From contig CADAHU010000007.1 in assembly GCA_902787835.1 (NCBI GenBank), positions 19,441-83,440 of the forward strand: 64,000 nt of DNA, written 5' to 3'. The notes under the pieces are model-generated. The model saw nothing but the letters and a program-made list of their open reading frames with translations, did no database searches and was not told the origin of the DNA. The first letter of the stretch is position 1; the number at the start of each line of letters is the position of its first letter. The position numbers and the translations under genes were made by a program. The stretch is from an uncultured Eubacteriales bacterium (lineage in GTDB: Bacteria > Bacillota > Clostridia > Christensenellales > Aristaeellaceae). Of the stretch, positions 1 through 9,500 are shown piece after piece.

Positions 1-629
1 CTGCGGGCCTCCCGGTCCCGGCTGCGCAGCATGCGCATATACACCGTGGCGCTGAGCTTGGCGTCCCGGCCTTTCTCGTCCTTCACATCGGGCAGGGGGC
101 GGTCCACGTCGCTGAGCATGGTATAAATATCATCGGGCGCCTGGGCGATCTCGCCCATCTGGGCCAGCAGCCTCTCCTGATCGGCGGACAGGGTATGGGG
201 CTGATCCCGCAGCAGATCCTCCAGAAAAACGCTGTACTCGCTGAAATCCGCATCCTCCCGGAGCGCCGTCAGCGTCTCCGCGGGCAGGGAAAGCAGCTCC
301 GGCCGCAGGAAGGCCCCGGCGCTGGCCGCTTTGGTGGCCAGGCTCTGGATGCGGGAGAGCAGGGTCTGGGCCGCGGTATCGCCGCCGTCCTCGTCCTGCC
401 GCATGCGGGCATAGGTAAACATGCGCTCCACGGCGCGCTGGATATCAAAATATCCGCGGATGGCGGCGCGGGGATCGGCCGCCACCTGCCCCTGGCACTG
501 CCGCCAGGCGTCGATGTCGCGCTCGGTTTTTTCATATAAGGCGTCAAAGGCCGGGGTTCCGGCCAGGATATCGTTCAGATTCCACATCCAGCGGGGATCC
601 ATCTCCCGCCGTTCCTTGGGCTGCTGCAT
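1..629 (-). CDS. pepF: oligoendopeptidase F (M3 family), N-terminal part; gene runs off the left edge
   Basis: My own minus-strand translation from ATG 627-629 (GGAGGA RBS complement at 641-646) gives MQQPKERREMDPRWMWNLNDILAGTPAFDALYEKTERDIDAW..., typical of PepF N-termini. Absent from the ORF track because it is edge-truncated. Confidence 0.75.
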   Translation of the reverse strand, partial: MQQPKERREMDPRWMWNLNDILAGTPAFDALYEKTERDIDAWRQCQGQVAADPRAAIRGYFDIQRAVERMFTYARMRQDEDGGDTAAQTLLSRIQSLATKAASAGAFLRPELLSLPAETLTALREDADFSEYSVFLEDLLRDQPHTLSADQERLLAQMGEIAQAPDDIYTMLSDVDRPLPDVKDEKGRDAKLSATVYMRMLRSRDREAR

Positions 630-779
630 GGCGTTTATCCTCCGTTCTCTGATGGGTTCAAACGAAAATGTAGCACTTGCCGGCCCGTATGTCAAGGGGC
701 GAACCGGCGCGAATCAAGGCGGATCGGCACACTCCGGGGCGAGCATCCCGTAAATATGCAGGTTTTGCGGGCCGCAGGC

Positions 780-808
780 TTGAAAAAAACGCTGCGATCG
801 GATATAAT
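780..808 (+). promoter_or_regulatory. sigma-70-type promoter of the DUF2461/phosphohexomutase/tkt gene string
   Basis: TTGAAA (780-785), 17-nt spacer, TATAAT (803-808), about 30 nt upstream of the GGGAGG RBS. Confidence 0.6.
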
Positions 809-839
809 TAAGGATGGCTGAAAGATAAGGGAGGAAACC

Positions 840-1526
840 ATGTTCCCAGGGTTCAATAACGATCTGCTCTCCTTCTATGCGGACATCCGCTTCAACAATG
901 ATAAAAGCTTTATGGATGCCCATCGGAAGGAATACTATCAGAAGGTGCGCGATCCATTTTACGCCTTCATCGACGCGCTGGCGCCCACCATGCTGAGGAT
1001 CAATGAGGAAATGGAGGTGCGGCCCCACAAATGCCTGAGCCGCATCAACCGCGACACCCGCTACACCAAGGATAAATCGCCCTACCGGGATCACCACTGG
1101 GTGGCCTTCCGCCAGGCGGCGCGGGACAAGGATGGCGCGCCCTTCTACTGGTTTGAGATCCGGCTGGAAGCGGTCAGCTGGGGCCTGGGCGTGTGGAACG
1201 AAAACCAATCGCTCTTCGACGCCCTGCGGCGGCGCATCCTCGCCCGGCCCGAAGAGGTGATGCAGGCGATGCGCACGGCCTGGGAGCACGGCTTTATCCA
1301 GGGCGGGCAGGTATGGAAAAAGAACATGCAGCCCCCGCCCACCGTGCCGGAAATGCTCAAGAGCGTATACCCGGCCCGCAGCCTGTACTTTGAAAAAACG
1401 GGCATCGATCCCGCCTGGATCTTTGACGAAGGCATTGTGAACCGCGTAGCGGAGGATTTTAAGGCCATCGCCCCTGTATGGCGGCTGCTGCGCGGGCTGA
1501 ACGATATCGAGGGAGGAAATCTATGA
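840..1526 (+). CDS. DUF2461 (TIGR02453) family protein
   Basis: 228-aa ORF with GGGAGG RBS. MFPGFNNDLLSFYADIRFNNDKSFMDAHRKEYY and RINRDTRYTKDKSPYRDH are characteristic of this family. Confidence 0.85.
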   Translation: MFPGFNNDLLSFYADIRFNNDKSFMDAHRKEYYQKVRDPFYAFIDALAPTMLRINEEMEVRPHKCLSRINRDTRYTKDKSPYRDHHWVAFRQAARDKDGAPFYWFEIRLEAVSWGLGVWNENQSLFDALRRRILARPEEVMQAMRTAWEHGFIQGGQVWKKNMQPPPTVPEMLKSVYPARSLYFEKTGIDPAWIFDEGIVNRVAEDFKAIAPVWRLLRGLNDIEGGNL

Positions 1527-3034
1527 TCAACTATCAAACGCTGAAGAGCGGCACCGACGTGCGCGGCTGCGCCATGGGCGAAAAGGCCGTGCTGACCAAT
1601 GAAGTGGCGCTGTGCATCGGCGGCGCGTTCATCACCTGGCTGACCGAAAAGACCGGCAAGCACGCCGAGCAGCTCACCGTGGCCATCGGCCGCGACAGCC
1701 GCATCACCGGGCCCGATCTGCTGGCCGCCTGCGCCGAGGGCATGGCCCGCTGCGGCGCGCAGGTATGGGATTTTGGCATGTGCACCACCCCGGCCATGTA
1801 CATGTGCCTGCTCACCGAGGGCTTCAAGCCCGACGCCTCGGTGATGGTGACCGCCTCCCACCACCCCTCGGACCGCAACGGCCTCAAGTTTTTCCTGCCC
1901 ACCGGCGGCATCAACAGCACCGATCTGAGCATGATCCTGAGCATCGCCCAGAGCACCGCGCCGGTGGCCTGCGACCATAAGCCCATCGAAAAGCGCGAAT
2001 TCCTGCCCGTATACAAGCAGCAGCTGATGGACCGGGTGCGCCGCGGCCTGGATACCGACGTGGCCTGCCCCCTGCTGGGCCTGCACGTGGTGGTGGACGC
2101 CGGCAACGGCGCGGGCGGCTTCTACGAGGAGATGCTGCGGGAGCTGGGCGCGTGGACCGAGGGCAGCCAGTTCCTGGAGCCCGACGGCCATTTTCCCAAC
2201 CATATCCCCAACCCGGAAAATCCCCAGGCCATGGAGAGCGTCAGCAAAGCGGTGCTGAACGCCGGGGCGGATCTGGGCCTGATCTTTGATACCGACTGCG
2301 ACCGCGCCGCCATCGTGGACAAGGCGGGGCGCGAAATCAACCGCAACCGGCTGATCGCCCTGATCAGCGCCATCCTGCTGGATAAGAAGCCCGGGGCCAC
2401 CATCGTGACCGACTCGGTGACTTCCTCCGGCCTGGCGCAGTTTATCGCCGAATGGGGCGGCGTGCATTACCGCTTCAAGCGCGGCTACCGCAACGTCATC
2501 GACGAGGCCATCCGCCTGAACGAGGCCGGCATCGATTGCCCCCTGGCCATTGAGACCAGCGGCCATGCTGCCCTGCGGGAAAACCACTGGCTGGACGACG
2601 GCATGTACCTGACCACCGTGCTGCTGGTGGAGGCCATGCGGCTGAAGCAGGAAGGCAAGGAGCTCAGCGACCTGCTGGAGGGCCTGCGCGAGCCTGTGGA
2701 GAGCGTGGAGCTGCGCCTGGGCATCCAGGCGGAGGACTTCCGCGAGGCCGGACGCCTGGCCATCGAAAAGGTGATGGATCACGCGGCCTTTGCCGAGGGC
2801 TGGCATATTGCCCCGGATAACCGCGAGGGCGTGCGCATCAACTTTGACCTGGAGGAAGGCCTGGATAACGGCTGGTTCCTGCTGCGGCTCAGCGTGCATG
2901 ATCCCGTGCTGCCCCTGAACGCCGAGAGCGACGTGCACGGCGGCGTGGAGGATATGCTCCGCAAGCTGCTGGCCGTGCTGGATGGCACGGAGAACATCGA
3001 TCTGACTCCCCTGAAGGCATACTTAAACAAATAA
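1523..3034 (+). CDS. alpha-D-phosphohexomutase (phosphoglucomutase/phosphomannomutase family)
   Basis: ATG 1523 follows GGGAGG and overlaps the upstream stop (ATGA). It has the phosphoserine loop TASHHPSDRNGLKF and the metal loop FDTDCDRAA. Confidence 0.9.
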   Translation: MINYQTLKSGTDVRGCAMGEKAVLTNEVALCIGGAFITWLTEKTGKHAEQLTVAIGRDSRITGPDLLAACAEGMARCGAQVWDFGMCTTPAMYMCLLTEGFKPDASVMVTASHHPSDRNGLKFFLPTGGINSTDLSMILSIAQSTAPVACDHKPIEKREFLPVYKQQLMDRVRRGLDTDVACPLLGLHVVVDAGNGAGGFYEEMLRELGAWTEGSQFLEPDGHFPNHIPNPENPQAMESVSKAVLNAGADLGLIFDTDCDRAAIVDKAGREINRNRLIALISAILLDKKPGATIVTDSVTSSGLAQFIAEWGGVHYRFKRGYRNVIDEAIRLNEAGIDCPLAIETSGHAALRENHWLDDGMYLTTVLLVEAMRLKQEGKELSDLLEGLREPVESVELRLGIQAEDFREAGRLAIEKVMDHAAFAEGWHIAPDNREGVRINFDLEEGLDNGWFLLRLSVHDPVLPLNAESDVHGGVEDMLRKLLAVLDGTENIDLTPLKAYLNK

Positions 3035-3054
3035 ATCATAAAGGAGCACAAACC

Positions 3055-5025
3055 ATGGATATCCAGCAAAAGACGATCAACACCATCCGCATCCTGTCCG
3101 CCGATATGGTGCAGAAGGCCAACAGCGGCCATCCCGGCGCGCCCATGGGCATGGCGGCCATGGCTTATGCCGTTTGGGCCGACGCCATGCAGCACAACCC
3201 CGCCGACCCCAAATGGCGCAACCGCGACCGCTTTGTGCTGTCCAACGGCCACGCCAGCGCCCTGATGTACAGCCTGCTGCACCTGTTTGGCTACGGGCTG
3301 ACCATGGATGATCTCAAGCAGTTCCGTCAGTGGGGCAGCAAGACCCCCGGCCATCCCGAGATCGAGACCGCGGGCGTGGAAACCACCACCGGTCCCCTGG
3401 GACAGGGTGTGGCCAACGCCGTGGGCTTCGCCATCGCCGAGACCATGCTGGCCGCCAAGTTCAACCGTCCCGATTTCCCCGTGGTGGATCACCGCGTATA
3501 CGCCTTCTGCGGCGACGGCTGCATGATGGAAGGCATTGCCAGCGAGGCCGCCTCCCTGGCCGGCACCCTCAAATTGGGCAAATTGACCCTGCTCTATGAT
3601 GACAACGACATCTCCATCGAGGGCAACACCGATATCGCCATGCGCGAGGACGTGGGCGCGCGCTTTGCCGCCTATGGCTGGCAGGTGCTGCATGTCGCCG
3701 ATGGCAACGATCCCCAGCAGGTGCTTTCCGCCATCGCGGAAGCCCGCCGGGACGACCGCCCCAGCCTGATCGTCTGCAAGACCATCATCGGCTACGGCTG
3801 CCCCGCCAAGCAGGGCACCAGCGGCGTGCATGGCGCGCCCCTGGGCGATGAAAATCTGCTGGCCACCAAGCGCACCCTGGGCATGCCCGAGGAATGCTTC
3901 CATGTGGATCAGGATGTGTACGACCACCTGAAGGACACCGCCGCCCGCGGCGCCCAGCGCGAGCAGGAGTGGAAGGATATGATGGCCCGTTACGCCCAGG
4001 CCTATCCCGAGCTGGCCCAGGAGTATGAGGACTGGTATGCCATGAAGCTGCCCGAGGGCCTGTGCGAGGATCCCGCGCTGTGGGCCTTCGAGGGCAAGAT
4101 CGCCACCCGCGCCACCAGCGGCACCATGATCAACCGCCTGGCGGCCAAGCTGCCCAACCTGGTGGGCGGCAGCGCCGACCTGGCCCCCTCCAACAACACC
4201 TACATCAAGGAAGGCGGCGATTACAGCGCCGAGAACCGCGGCGGCCGCAACCTGCACTTCGGCGTGCGTGAGCATGCCATGGCGGCCATCTGCAACGGCA
4301 TCGCCCTGCACGGCGGCCTGCGCGTATTCTGCGGCACCTTCTTCGTGTTCAGCGATTACATGAAGCACGCCATCCGCATGAGCGCCATCATGAAGCTGCC
4401 CGTCACCTACGTGCTGACCCACGATTCCATCGGCGTGGGCGAGGACGGCGCCACCCATGAGCCCATCGAGCATCTGGCCGGCCTGCGGGCCATCCCCGGC
4501 GTGCAGGTGTTCCGCCCCGCCGACGGCAAGGAGACCACCGCCGCCTGGCTGAGCGCCCTGACTGCCTGCGGCCCCACCTGCCTGGTGCTGACCCGTCAGG
4601 GCCTGCCCCAGTATGGCGAGCAGGGGACCGAAGCCTTTAAGGGCGGCTATGTGCTGGAGGACTGCCAGGGCACGCCCGACGTGCTGCTGATGGCCAGCGG
4701 CTCCGAAGTGGAGCAGTGCGTGGCCGCCAAAGGCCTGCTGGCCGGCGAGGGCATTCAGGCCCGCGTGATCTCCATGCCCTGCATGGAGCTGTACCTCAGG
4801 CAGGACGCAGCCTATCAGGAGTCCGTAATGCCCGCCGCCATCCGCGCCCGCGTGGCCGTGGAAGCCGGCGCCACCATGCCCTGGTACCGTTTCGTCGGTC
4901 TGGACGGCGCAGTGATCGGCCTGGATCACTTTGGCGCCTCCGCCCCCGCCGGTATCCTGTTCAAGGAGTATGGTTTCACCGCCGAGAACGTGGCGGCCAC
5001 GGCCAAGAAGGTGCTGGGAAAGTAA
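3055..5025 (+). CDS. tkt: transketolase
   Basis: 656 aa. N-terminus ...[20 protein letters not shown] and ThDP motif GDGCMMEGI match transketolases along the full length. Confidence 0.97.
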   Translation: MDIQQKTINTIRILSADMVQKANSGHPGAPMGMAAMAYAVWADAMQHNPADPKWRNRDRFVLSNGHASALMYSLLHLFGYGLTMDDLKQFRQWGSKTPGHPEIETAGVETTTGPLGQGVANAVGFAIAETMLAAKFNRPDFPVVDHRVYAFCGDGCMMEGIASEAASLAGTLKLGKLTLLYDDNDISIEGNTDIAMREDVGARFAAYGWQVLHVADGNDPQQVLSAIAEARRDDRPSLIVCKTIIGYGCPAKQGTSGVHGAPLGDENLLATKRTLGMPEECFHVDQDVYDHLKDTAARGAQREQEWKDMMARYAQAYPELAQEYEDWYAMKLPEGLCEDPALWAFEGKIATRATSGTMINRLAAKLPNLVGGSADLAPSNNTYIKEGGDYSAENRGGRNLHFGVREHAMAAICNGIALHGGLRVFCGTFFVFSDYMKHAIRMSAIMKLPVTYVLTHDSIGVGEDGATHEPIEHLAGLRAIPGVQVFRPADGKETTAAWLSALTACGPTCLVLTRQGLPQYGEQGTEAFKGGYVLEDCQGTPDVLLMASGSEVEQCVAAKGLLAGEGIQARVISMPCMELYLRQDAAYQESVMPAAIRARVAVEAGATMPWYRFVGLDGAVIGLDHFGASAPAGILFKEYGFTAENVAATAKKVLGK

Positions 5026-5045
5026 TCACAAAGAAGACAGTAAAT

Positions 5046-5077
5046 GATGGGGGCCGCACGGCCCCCATCTTATCCTT
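5046..5077 (+). terminator. probable intrinsic terminator after tkt
   Basis: 10-bp GC stem GATGGGGGCC (5046-5055) / GGCCCCCATC (5060-5069), followed by a weak T-rich tail TTATCCTT. Confidence 0.45.
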
Positions 5078-5100
5078 GATTAAAAAGGGAGTATTTGACC

Positions 5101-6507
5101 ATGTCCACACCGCAAATCCGCGATTTTAAGGGCAAGCGCGTACATATGATCGGCATCGGCGGCAGCAGCATGAGCGGCCTGGCCGGGATGCTGGTGCAGC
5201 AGGGCTATCACGTTACGGGCTCGGACAAGAGCCACAGCCATGCCGTGGAGCGGCTGGAGGCCCAGGGCGTTGCCATCGCCATCGGCCATGACGAAAAAAA
5301 CGTGCAGGGCGCCGACGTGCTGGTGTATTCCGCGGCCATCAAGCCCAATAACCCGGAGCGCGCCTGGGCCTTTGCCCACGGGATCCCGCAGATCGAGCGG
5401 GCGGAGCTGCTGGGCCAGGTGATGGAGGGGCACAGGGACGCGGTCTGCGTCAGCGGCACCCACGGCAAGACCACCACCACCTCCATGCTGTCCCAGATGC
5501 TGATGGACTGCGGTCTGGACCCCGCCGTGCACATCGGCGGTCGGCTGGACGCCCTGGGCGGCAGCACGCGCATCGGCAGCGAGCGGGTGTTTGTGGCCGA
5601 GGCCTGCGAGTACGCCGGAAGCTTTCTGCACATGCACCCCACCATCGCGGTGGTGCTGAACATCGAGGAGGACCATCTGGATTATTACGGCGATATTCAG
5701 CACATTGAGGAAGCGTTCTACAATTTCTGCTCCCTTCTGCCGGAGGACGGCCTGGTGGTGGGCTGGGGTGATGATCCCCGGGTGCAGAAGCTGCTCCGCC
5801 GTCTGGATCGCCGGCATGAGACCTTCGGCTTTACGGCGGACAGCGACTGGTATCCCGAGAACCTGGTAATGGGCGATCTGGGCCGGGCGCAGTTTGACGT
5901 AATGTATCGCGGAGAAAAGCGCTGCCACGCGGCGCTCAGCGTGCCCGGACGCATTCAGGTGGGCAACGCCCTGGCGGCGCTGGCCTGCGCTCACGCCCTG
6001 GGCGCGGATATGGAAAAGGCCGCCGATTCCCTGAATCATTTTATCGGCGCGCACCGGCGGTTTGAGCATACCGGGGATATCGACGGCGTGCACATGTACC
6101 ACGATTACGGCCATAACCCCACGGAGATGCGCAACGCCATCGCCATCGCCAAGGAGCAGCACGCCAATCATGTATGGGCGGTGATGCAGCCCCACACCTA
6201 CAGCCGGGTCAAAACGCTGTTTGACAGCTACCTGACCTGCACGGAGGCGGCGGATTACACGCTGGTCACCGATATCTGCGCCGCCCGGGAGGTTGACCCC
6301 GGGGACATCAACAGCCAGATGCTGGTGGACGGCATGCGCGCCCATGGCGTGGACGCCGTGCTGACGCCCTCCTTTGATGACACCGAGGCTTACCTGCGCG
6401 CCCATTGGCAGCCCGGCGATCTGGTGCTCACCATGGGCTGCGGCGATATCAACCTGCTGAACGAGCAGATGCAGCAGCACGGGGACACGCCCAAAGCGCA
6501 GGCGTAA
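5101..6507 (+). CDS. murC: UDP-N-acetylmuramate--L-alanine ligase
   Basis: GIGGSSMSGLA nucleotide-binding fold and GTHGKTTTTSML P-loop. ATG 5101 sits 9 nt after AGGGAG; the track start at 5095 is a TTG too close to the RBS. Confidence 0.95.
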   Translation: MSTPQIRDFKGKRVHMIGIGGSSMSGLAGMLVQQGYHVTGSDKSHSHAVERLEAQGVAIAIGHDEKNVQGADVLVYSAAIKPNNPERAWAFAHGIPQIERAELLGQVMEGHRDAVCVSGTHGKTTTTSMLSQMLMDCGLDPAVHIGGRLDALGGSTRIGSERVFVAEACEYAGSFLHMHPTIAVVLNIEEDHLDYYGDIQHIEEAFYNFCSLLPEDGLVVGWGDDPRVQKLLRRLDRRHETFGFTADSDWYPENLVMGDLGRAQFDVMYRGEKRCHAALSVPGRIQVGNALAALACAHALGADMEKAADSLNHFIGAHRRFEHTGDIDGVHMYHDYGHNPTEMRNAIAIAKEQHANHVWAVMQPHTYSRVKTLFDSYLTCTEAADYTLVTDICAAREVDPGDINSQMLVDGMRAHGVDAVLTPSFDDTEAYLRAHWQPGDLVLTMGCGDINLLNEQMQQHGDTPKAQA

Positions 6508-6514
6508 CAGCATT

Positions 6515-6912
6515 TGCAAACCGGGATTTGTGGGGAAGGGACGAACGGGAGCGTTCCTTCTTGAAGCCCAAGAAGGAACCGAAGAAAGCTGCGTTGTCGC
6601 CGTAAATGCTGCTGGCTGCACGCCAACTGGCTTTAACGCCCATCCCCGTTCCCTGGCAGCACGGCTCCGCCGTGCACGCGGTGCGCAAAGCGCACCGCTG
6701 AACAAAGAGAGAAATCCGGAAAAATGAGCTCGTTCATTTTTCCGGATTTCTCTCTTTGTTCTTTTGCCAGGGAACTCGCTTGGCGACCGCAACCAAACTG
6801 GCGGAAACAAGTTTGTTCGTCGATTCAAGTTGGTTCGCCCGCTGAGGTCCAGGAGGCGAAGTCTCCTGGCGCAGAGCTCGAGGCCGCGGAGGCCTCGAAC
6901 GTTTTCCTGTCA
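6515..6912 (+). repeat. hairpin-mosaic intergenic repeat, copy A (core 6541-6840)
   Basis: Alignable with 13722-14196 and, reverse-complemented, with 32861-33228. Contains hairpins at 6553-6579, 6659-6675, 6680-6696, 6700-6761 (perfect 28 bp), 6849-6869 and 6879-6897, plus a long-range helix 6648-6658/6765-6775. Confidence 0.9.
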
Positions 6913-6932
6913 CTACAATGCAGCACGCCGCG

Positions 6933-7679
6933 TCATCCCTGCCGTCCCAGTATGCGCCGCAGGAAATCCTGGGTGCGGGGCTGCTGGGGATTGCTGAGCA
7001 GCTGGGCGGGCGGCCCCTGCTCCAGAATGACGCCATCGCACATGTACACCACGCGGGTGCTCACGTCCCGGGCAAAGGCCATCTCATGGGTGACAACCAG
7101 CATGGTCATGCCGCTTTCCGCCAGGCTGCGCATAACGGAGAGCACCTCGCCCACCATCTCAGGATCCAGGGCGCTGGTGGGCTCATCAAAGAGCAGCACC
7201 TCCGGATCCATGGCCATGGCGCGGGCAATGGCCACGCGCTGCTTCTGACCGCCGGAGATCTGGCGGGGCTTGGCGTTTACGTAGGGCGCCATACCCACCT
7301 TTTCCAGGTATTGCATGGCGTGGGCCTTGGCTTCCTCCCGGCTGCGCTTGAGTACCTTGATCTGCCCCACCATGCAGTTGTCCAGCACGGTCATATTGTT
7401 GAACAGATTAAAGGACTGGAACACCATGCCCACCCGGGCGCGATACTTGGCCGCCTTGGTGCCGGGAGCGAGCACGTTCTTACCATTATAAATGATCTCG
7501 CCTGCGTTGGGCGTCTCCAGCAGATTGATGCAGCGCAGCAGGGTGGATTTGCCGGAGCCGGACGCGCCGATGATGCTGATCACATCGCCCTTGTCCACGG
7601 TAAAATCGATATCCCGCAGCACGGCGTTTGTGCCAAAGGATTTGGAAAGGTGGTTGATCTGCAGAATATGCTCCGCCAT
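6933..7679 (-). CDS. amino-acid ABC transporter ATP-binding protein (GlnQ-like)
   Basis: Walker [10 protein letters not shown], signature [14 protein letters not shown], Walker [15 protein letters not shown] 7679 follows GGAAAGGA and lies next to the permease stop; the maximal ORF extends to 7700. Confidence 0.93.
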   Translation of the reverse strand: MAEHILQINHLSKSFGTNAVLRDIDFTVDKGDVISIIGASGSGKSTLLRCINLLETPNAGEIIYNGKNVLAPGTKAAKYRARVGMVFQSFNLFNNMTVLDNCMVGQIKVLKRSREEAKAHAMQYLEKVGMAPYVNAKPRQISGGQKQRVAIARAMAMDPEVLLFDEPTSALDPEMVGEVLSVMRSLAESGMTMLVVTHEMAFARDVSTRVVYMCDGVILEQGPPAQLLSNPQQPRTQDFLRRILGRQG

Positions 7680-7680
7680 A

Positions 7681-8529
7681 TTAATTGCCATCCTTTCCAT
7701 CTTGCTCGTATTCCTTGCTGCGCTCGTCGAAGGGCGTGCCCCGATCGGGGTGGTTATAGGTACCCGCCGTCATGACCAACTGATCCTCCTGCACCAGCTC
7801 ATAGCTGCTGGAGCCGTCCAGTCTCCGCTCCAGCCAGCGCAGCAGGAAGGATGCCAGCAGCGTCATGGTCAGGTAGCCCACCATCTCCACGGTGGCCGAG
7901 GGGAAATACAGGTAGCTGGCGCCCACAGTGGCGCGGTGCGCGGCAAAGAACTCCGGGAAGCCGATGATGAACATCACCGAGGTATCCTTCACGTTGATGA
8001 TAAAGTTGTTGCCGATCTGCGGCATGATATTGCGCAGCGCCTGGGGCAGGATCACGCTGGTCATGGTCTGCACGTGGGTCATGCCAATGGCCTTTGCGCC
8101 CTCGGTTTGGCCGGGATCCACCGATATGATGCCGCCGCGGACGGATTCCGCCATGTACGCGCCGGTATTAATGGATACCACCACGATGGCTGCCAGCCAG
8201 ATGGAGGTGAACTTGACCGCGTTATCGGTAAAATAGGGCAGGCCGTAATAGAGGAAAACCGCCTGCAGCACCATGGGCGTGCCGCGGAAAACCTCCACAT
8301 ACACGCGGATGATGATGCGCACCACCTTCAGGAAAAACCGCTTGACGGGATGGGTGCCCGGGCCATGGGGAATGGTATTGAGCACGCCGCATACGAAGCC
8401 GATCAGGCAGCCCAGCAGCGTGCCCACCAGCGCCAGGATCAGCGTATTCTGGATGCCGCTCAGGTACGCGCCGCCATATTTTCCCCAAAGCTTGGCGATA
8501 TCCGCCCCAAGCTGCGCAAACTTGCTCAT
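7681..8529 (-). CDS. amino-acid ABC transporter permease (His/Glu/Gln/Arg family)
   Basis: 282 aa, multi-TM, with the conserved loop [31 protein letters not shown]. It has a hydrophilic C-terminal extension of about 45 aa. Confidence 0.9.
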   Translation of the reverse strand: MSKFAQLGADIAKLWGKYGGAYLSGIQNTLILALVGTLLGCLIGFVCGVLNTIPHGPGTHPVKRFFLKVVRIIIRVYVEVFRGTPMVLQAVFLYYGLPYFTDNAVKFTSIWLAAIVVVSINTGAYMAESVRGGIISVDPGQTEGAKAIGMTHVQTMTSVILPQALRNIMPQIGNNFIINVKDTSVMFIIGFPEFFAAHRATVGASYLYFPSATVEMVGYLTMTLLASFLLRWLERRLDGSSSYELVQEDQLVMTAGTYNHPDRGTPFDERSKEYEQDGKDGN

Positions 8530-8622
8530 CAGGTCTGCTCCTTTGCGTTATAATTGCATATCTGCGCGCTGGAGGACGGCCTGTCCCCCAGCGCGCAGCG
8601 ATTGTTTCTATCCTATTTAATA

Positions 8623-9477
8623 TCAGTCCATCAGGGGCTGGATCTCGATGGCATGGGCCATCAGGGCGTTGAAATCATCCGCGGTCATGGTAGCCAGCAC
8701 GCTGTCGATGGCCTCGCGCAGCACGGTGTTGCCCTTCATCATGGATACGCCGATGTTCACATTCTCAGCGCGCTCTTCCTCGGTGAACTGGAAGTCGCCG
8801 TCGGTGCCGGAGAAGTCCAGGATCACCATATCGGGATAGGCGGCCACAGCGCCCTGGGCGGTGGGCATATCGGTGCACACAAAGTCCACAGCGCCGGTCT
8901 CCAGCGCCATCAGCATGGCGGGAGCGGTCTCGGCGGCGGTCATCACATTGGCGCCGGTGATCTGGGGCAGGCAGGTATCATACCAGATGGTGGCGATCTG
9001 CGCGGTGCAGCTGCCGCCGGCCAGGTCGGCCAGGCTCTGGGCGTTCTCATAGGCGCTGCCGGCGCGGGTCAGGCACACGATGGTGGCGTAGAAGTAGGGG
9101 CCGGCAAAATCCACCTGCTCGGCGCGCTCGGCGGTCATGGACTGGCCGGCGATGACGGCGTCGAAGGTACCGGTCTGCACGCCGGGCACCAGGGAATCCC
9201 AGTCGGACTGGATCACTTCCAGCTGCCAGCCGTTGGCCTCGCAGATGCGCTGGGCGATCATCACATCGTAGCCGTTGGCGTAGGAGCCGGGCACGTTGGC
9301 GATGGGCACGGCGCCGTTGCTGTCGTCAGACTGGGTCCAGTTATAGGGAGCGTAGGCGCATTCCATGGCGATGGTCAGCACGCCATCCTCCACGCCGCTG
9401 GGTACGTCGGCCAGGGCAGCGGTCAGGGACAGGGTCATCATCAGGGCGATCAGTACGGCGAACATTCTTCTCATCAT
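8623..9477 (-). CDS. amino-acid ABC transporter substrate-binding protein (family 3 SBP), secreted
   Basis: Signal peptide MMRRMFAVLIALMMTLSLTAALA, then a family-3 SBP pattern (GYDVMIAQRI..., FDAVIAGQSMTAERAEQVDF). GGAGG lies 8 nt upstream. Confidence 0.9.
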   Translation of the reverse strand: MMRRMFAVLIALMMTLSLTAALADVPSGVEDGVLTIAMECAYAPYNWTQSDDSNGAVPIANVPGSYANGYDVMIAQRICEANGWQLEVIQSDWDSLVPGVQTGTFDAVIAGQSMTAERAEQVDFAGPYFYATIVCLTRAGSAYENAQSLADLAGGSCTAQIATIWYDTCLPQITGANVMTAAETAPAMLMALETGAVDFVCTDMPTAQGAVAAYPDMVILDFSGTDGDFQFTEEERAENVNIGVSMMKGNTVLREAIDSVLATMTADDFNALMAHAIEIQPLMD

Positions 9478-9500
9478 TTTTGCGTCCTCCTTTTTTATAC

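Noticed and set aside
6508-6932. Repeat copies as protein-coding genes. Similar peptide strings such as SPSEFPGKRTK and AAFTAT appear in track ORFs at all three loci.
   Set aside because: Indels between copies shift the frame. For example, PAAFTATTQLSSVP in A corresponds to a different frame in B. The hairpin interiors are unrelated in sequence, and there is no RBS or consistent start.
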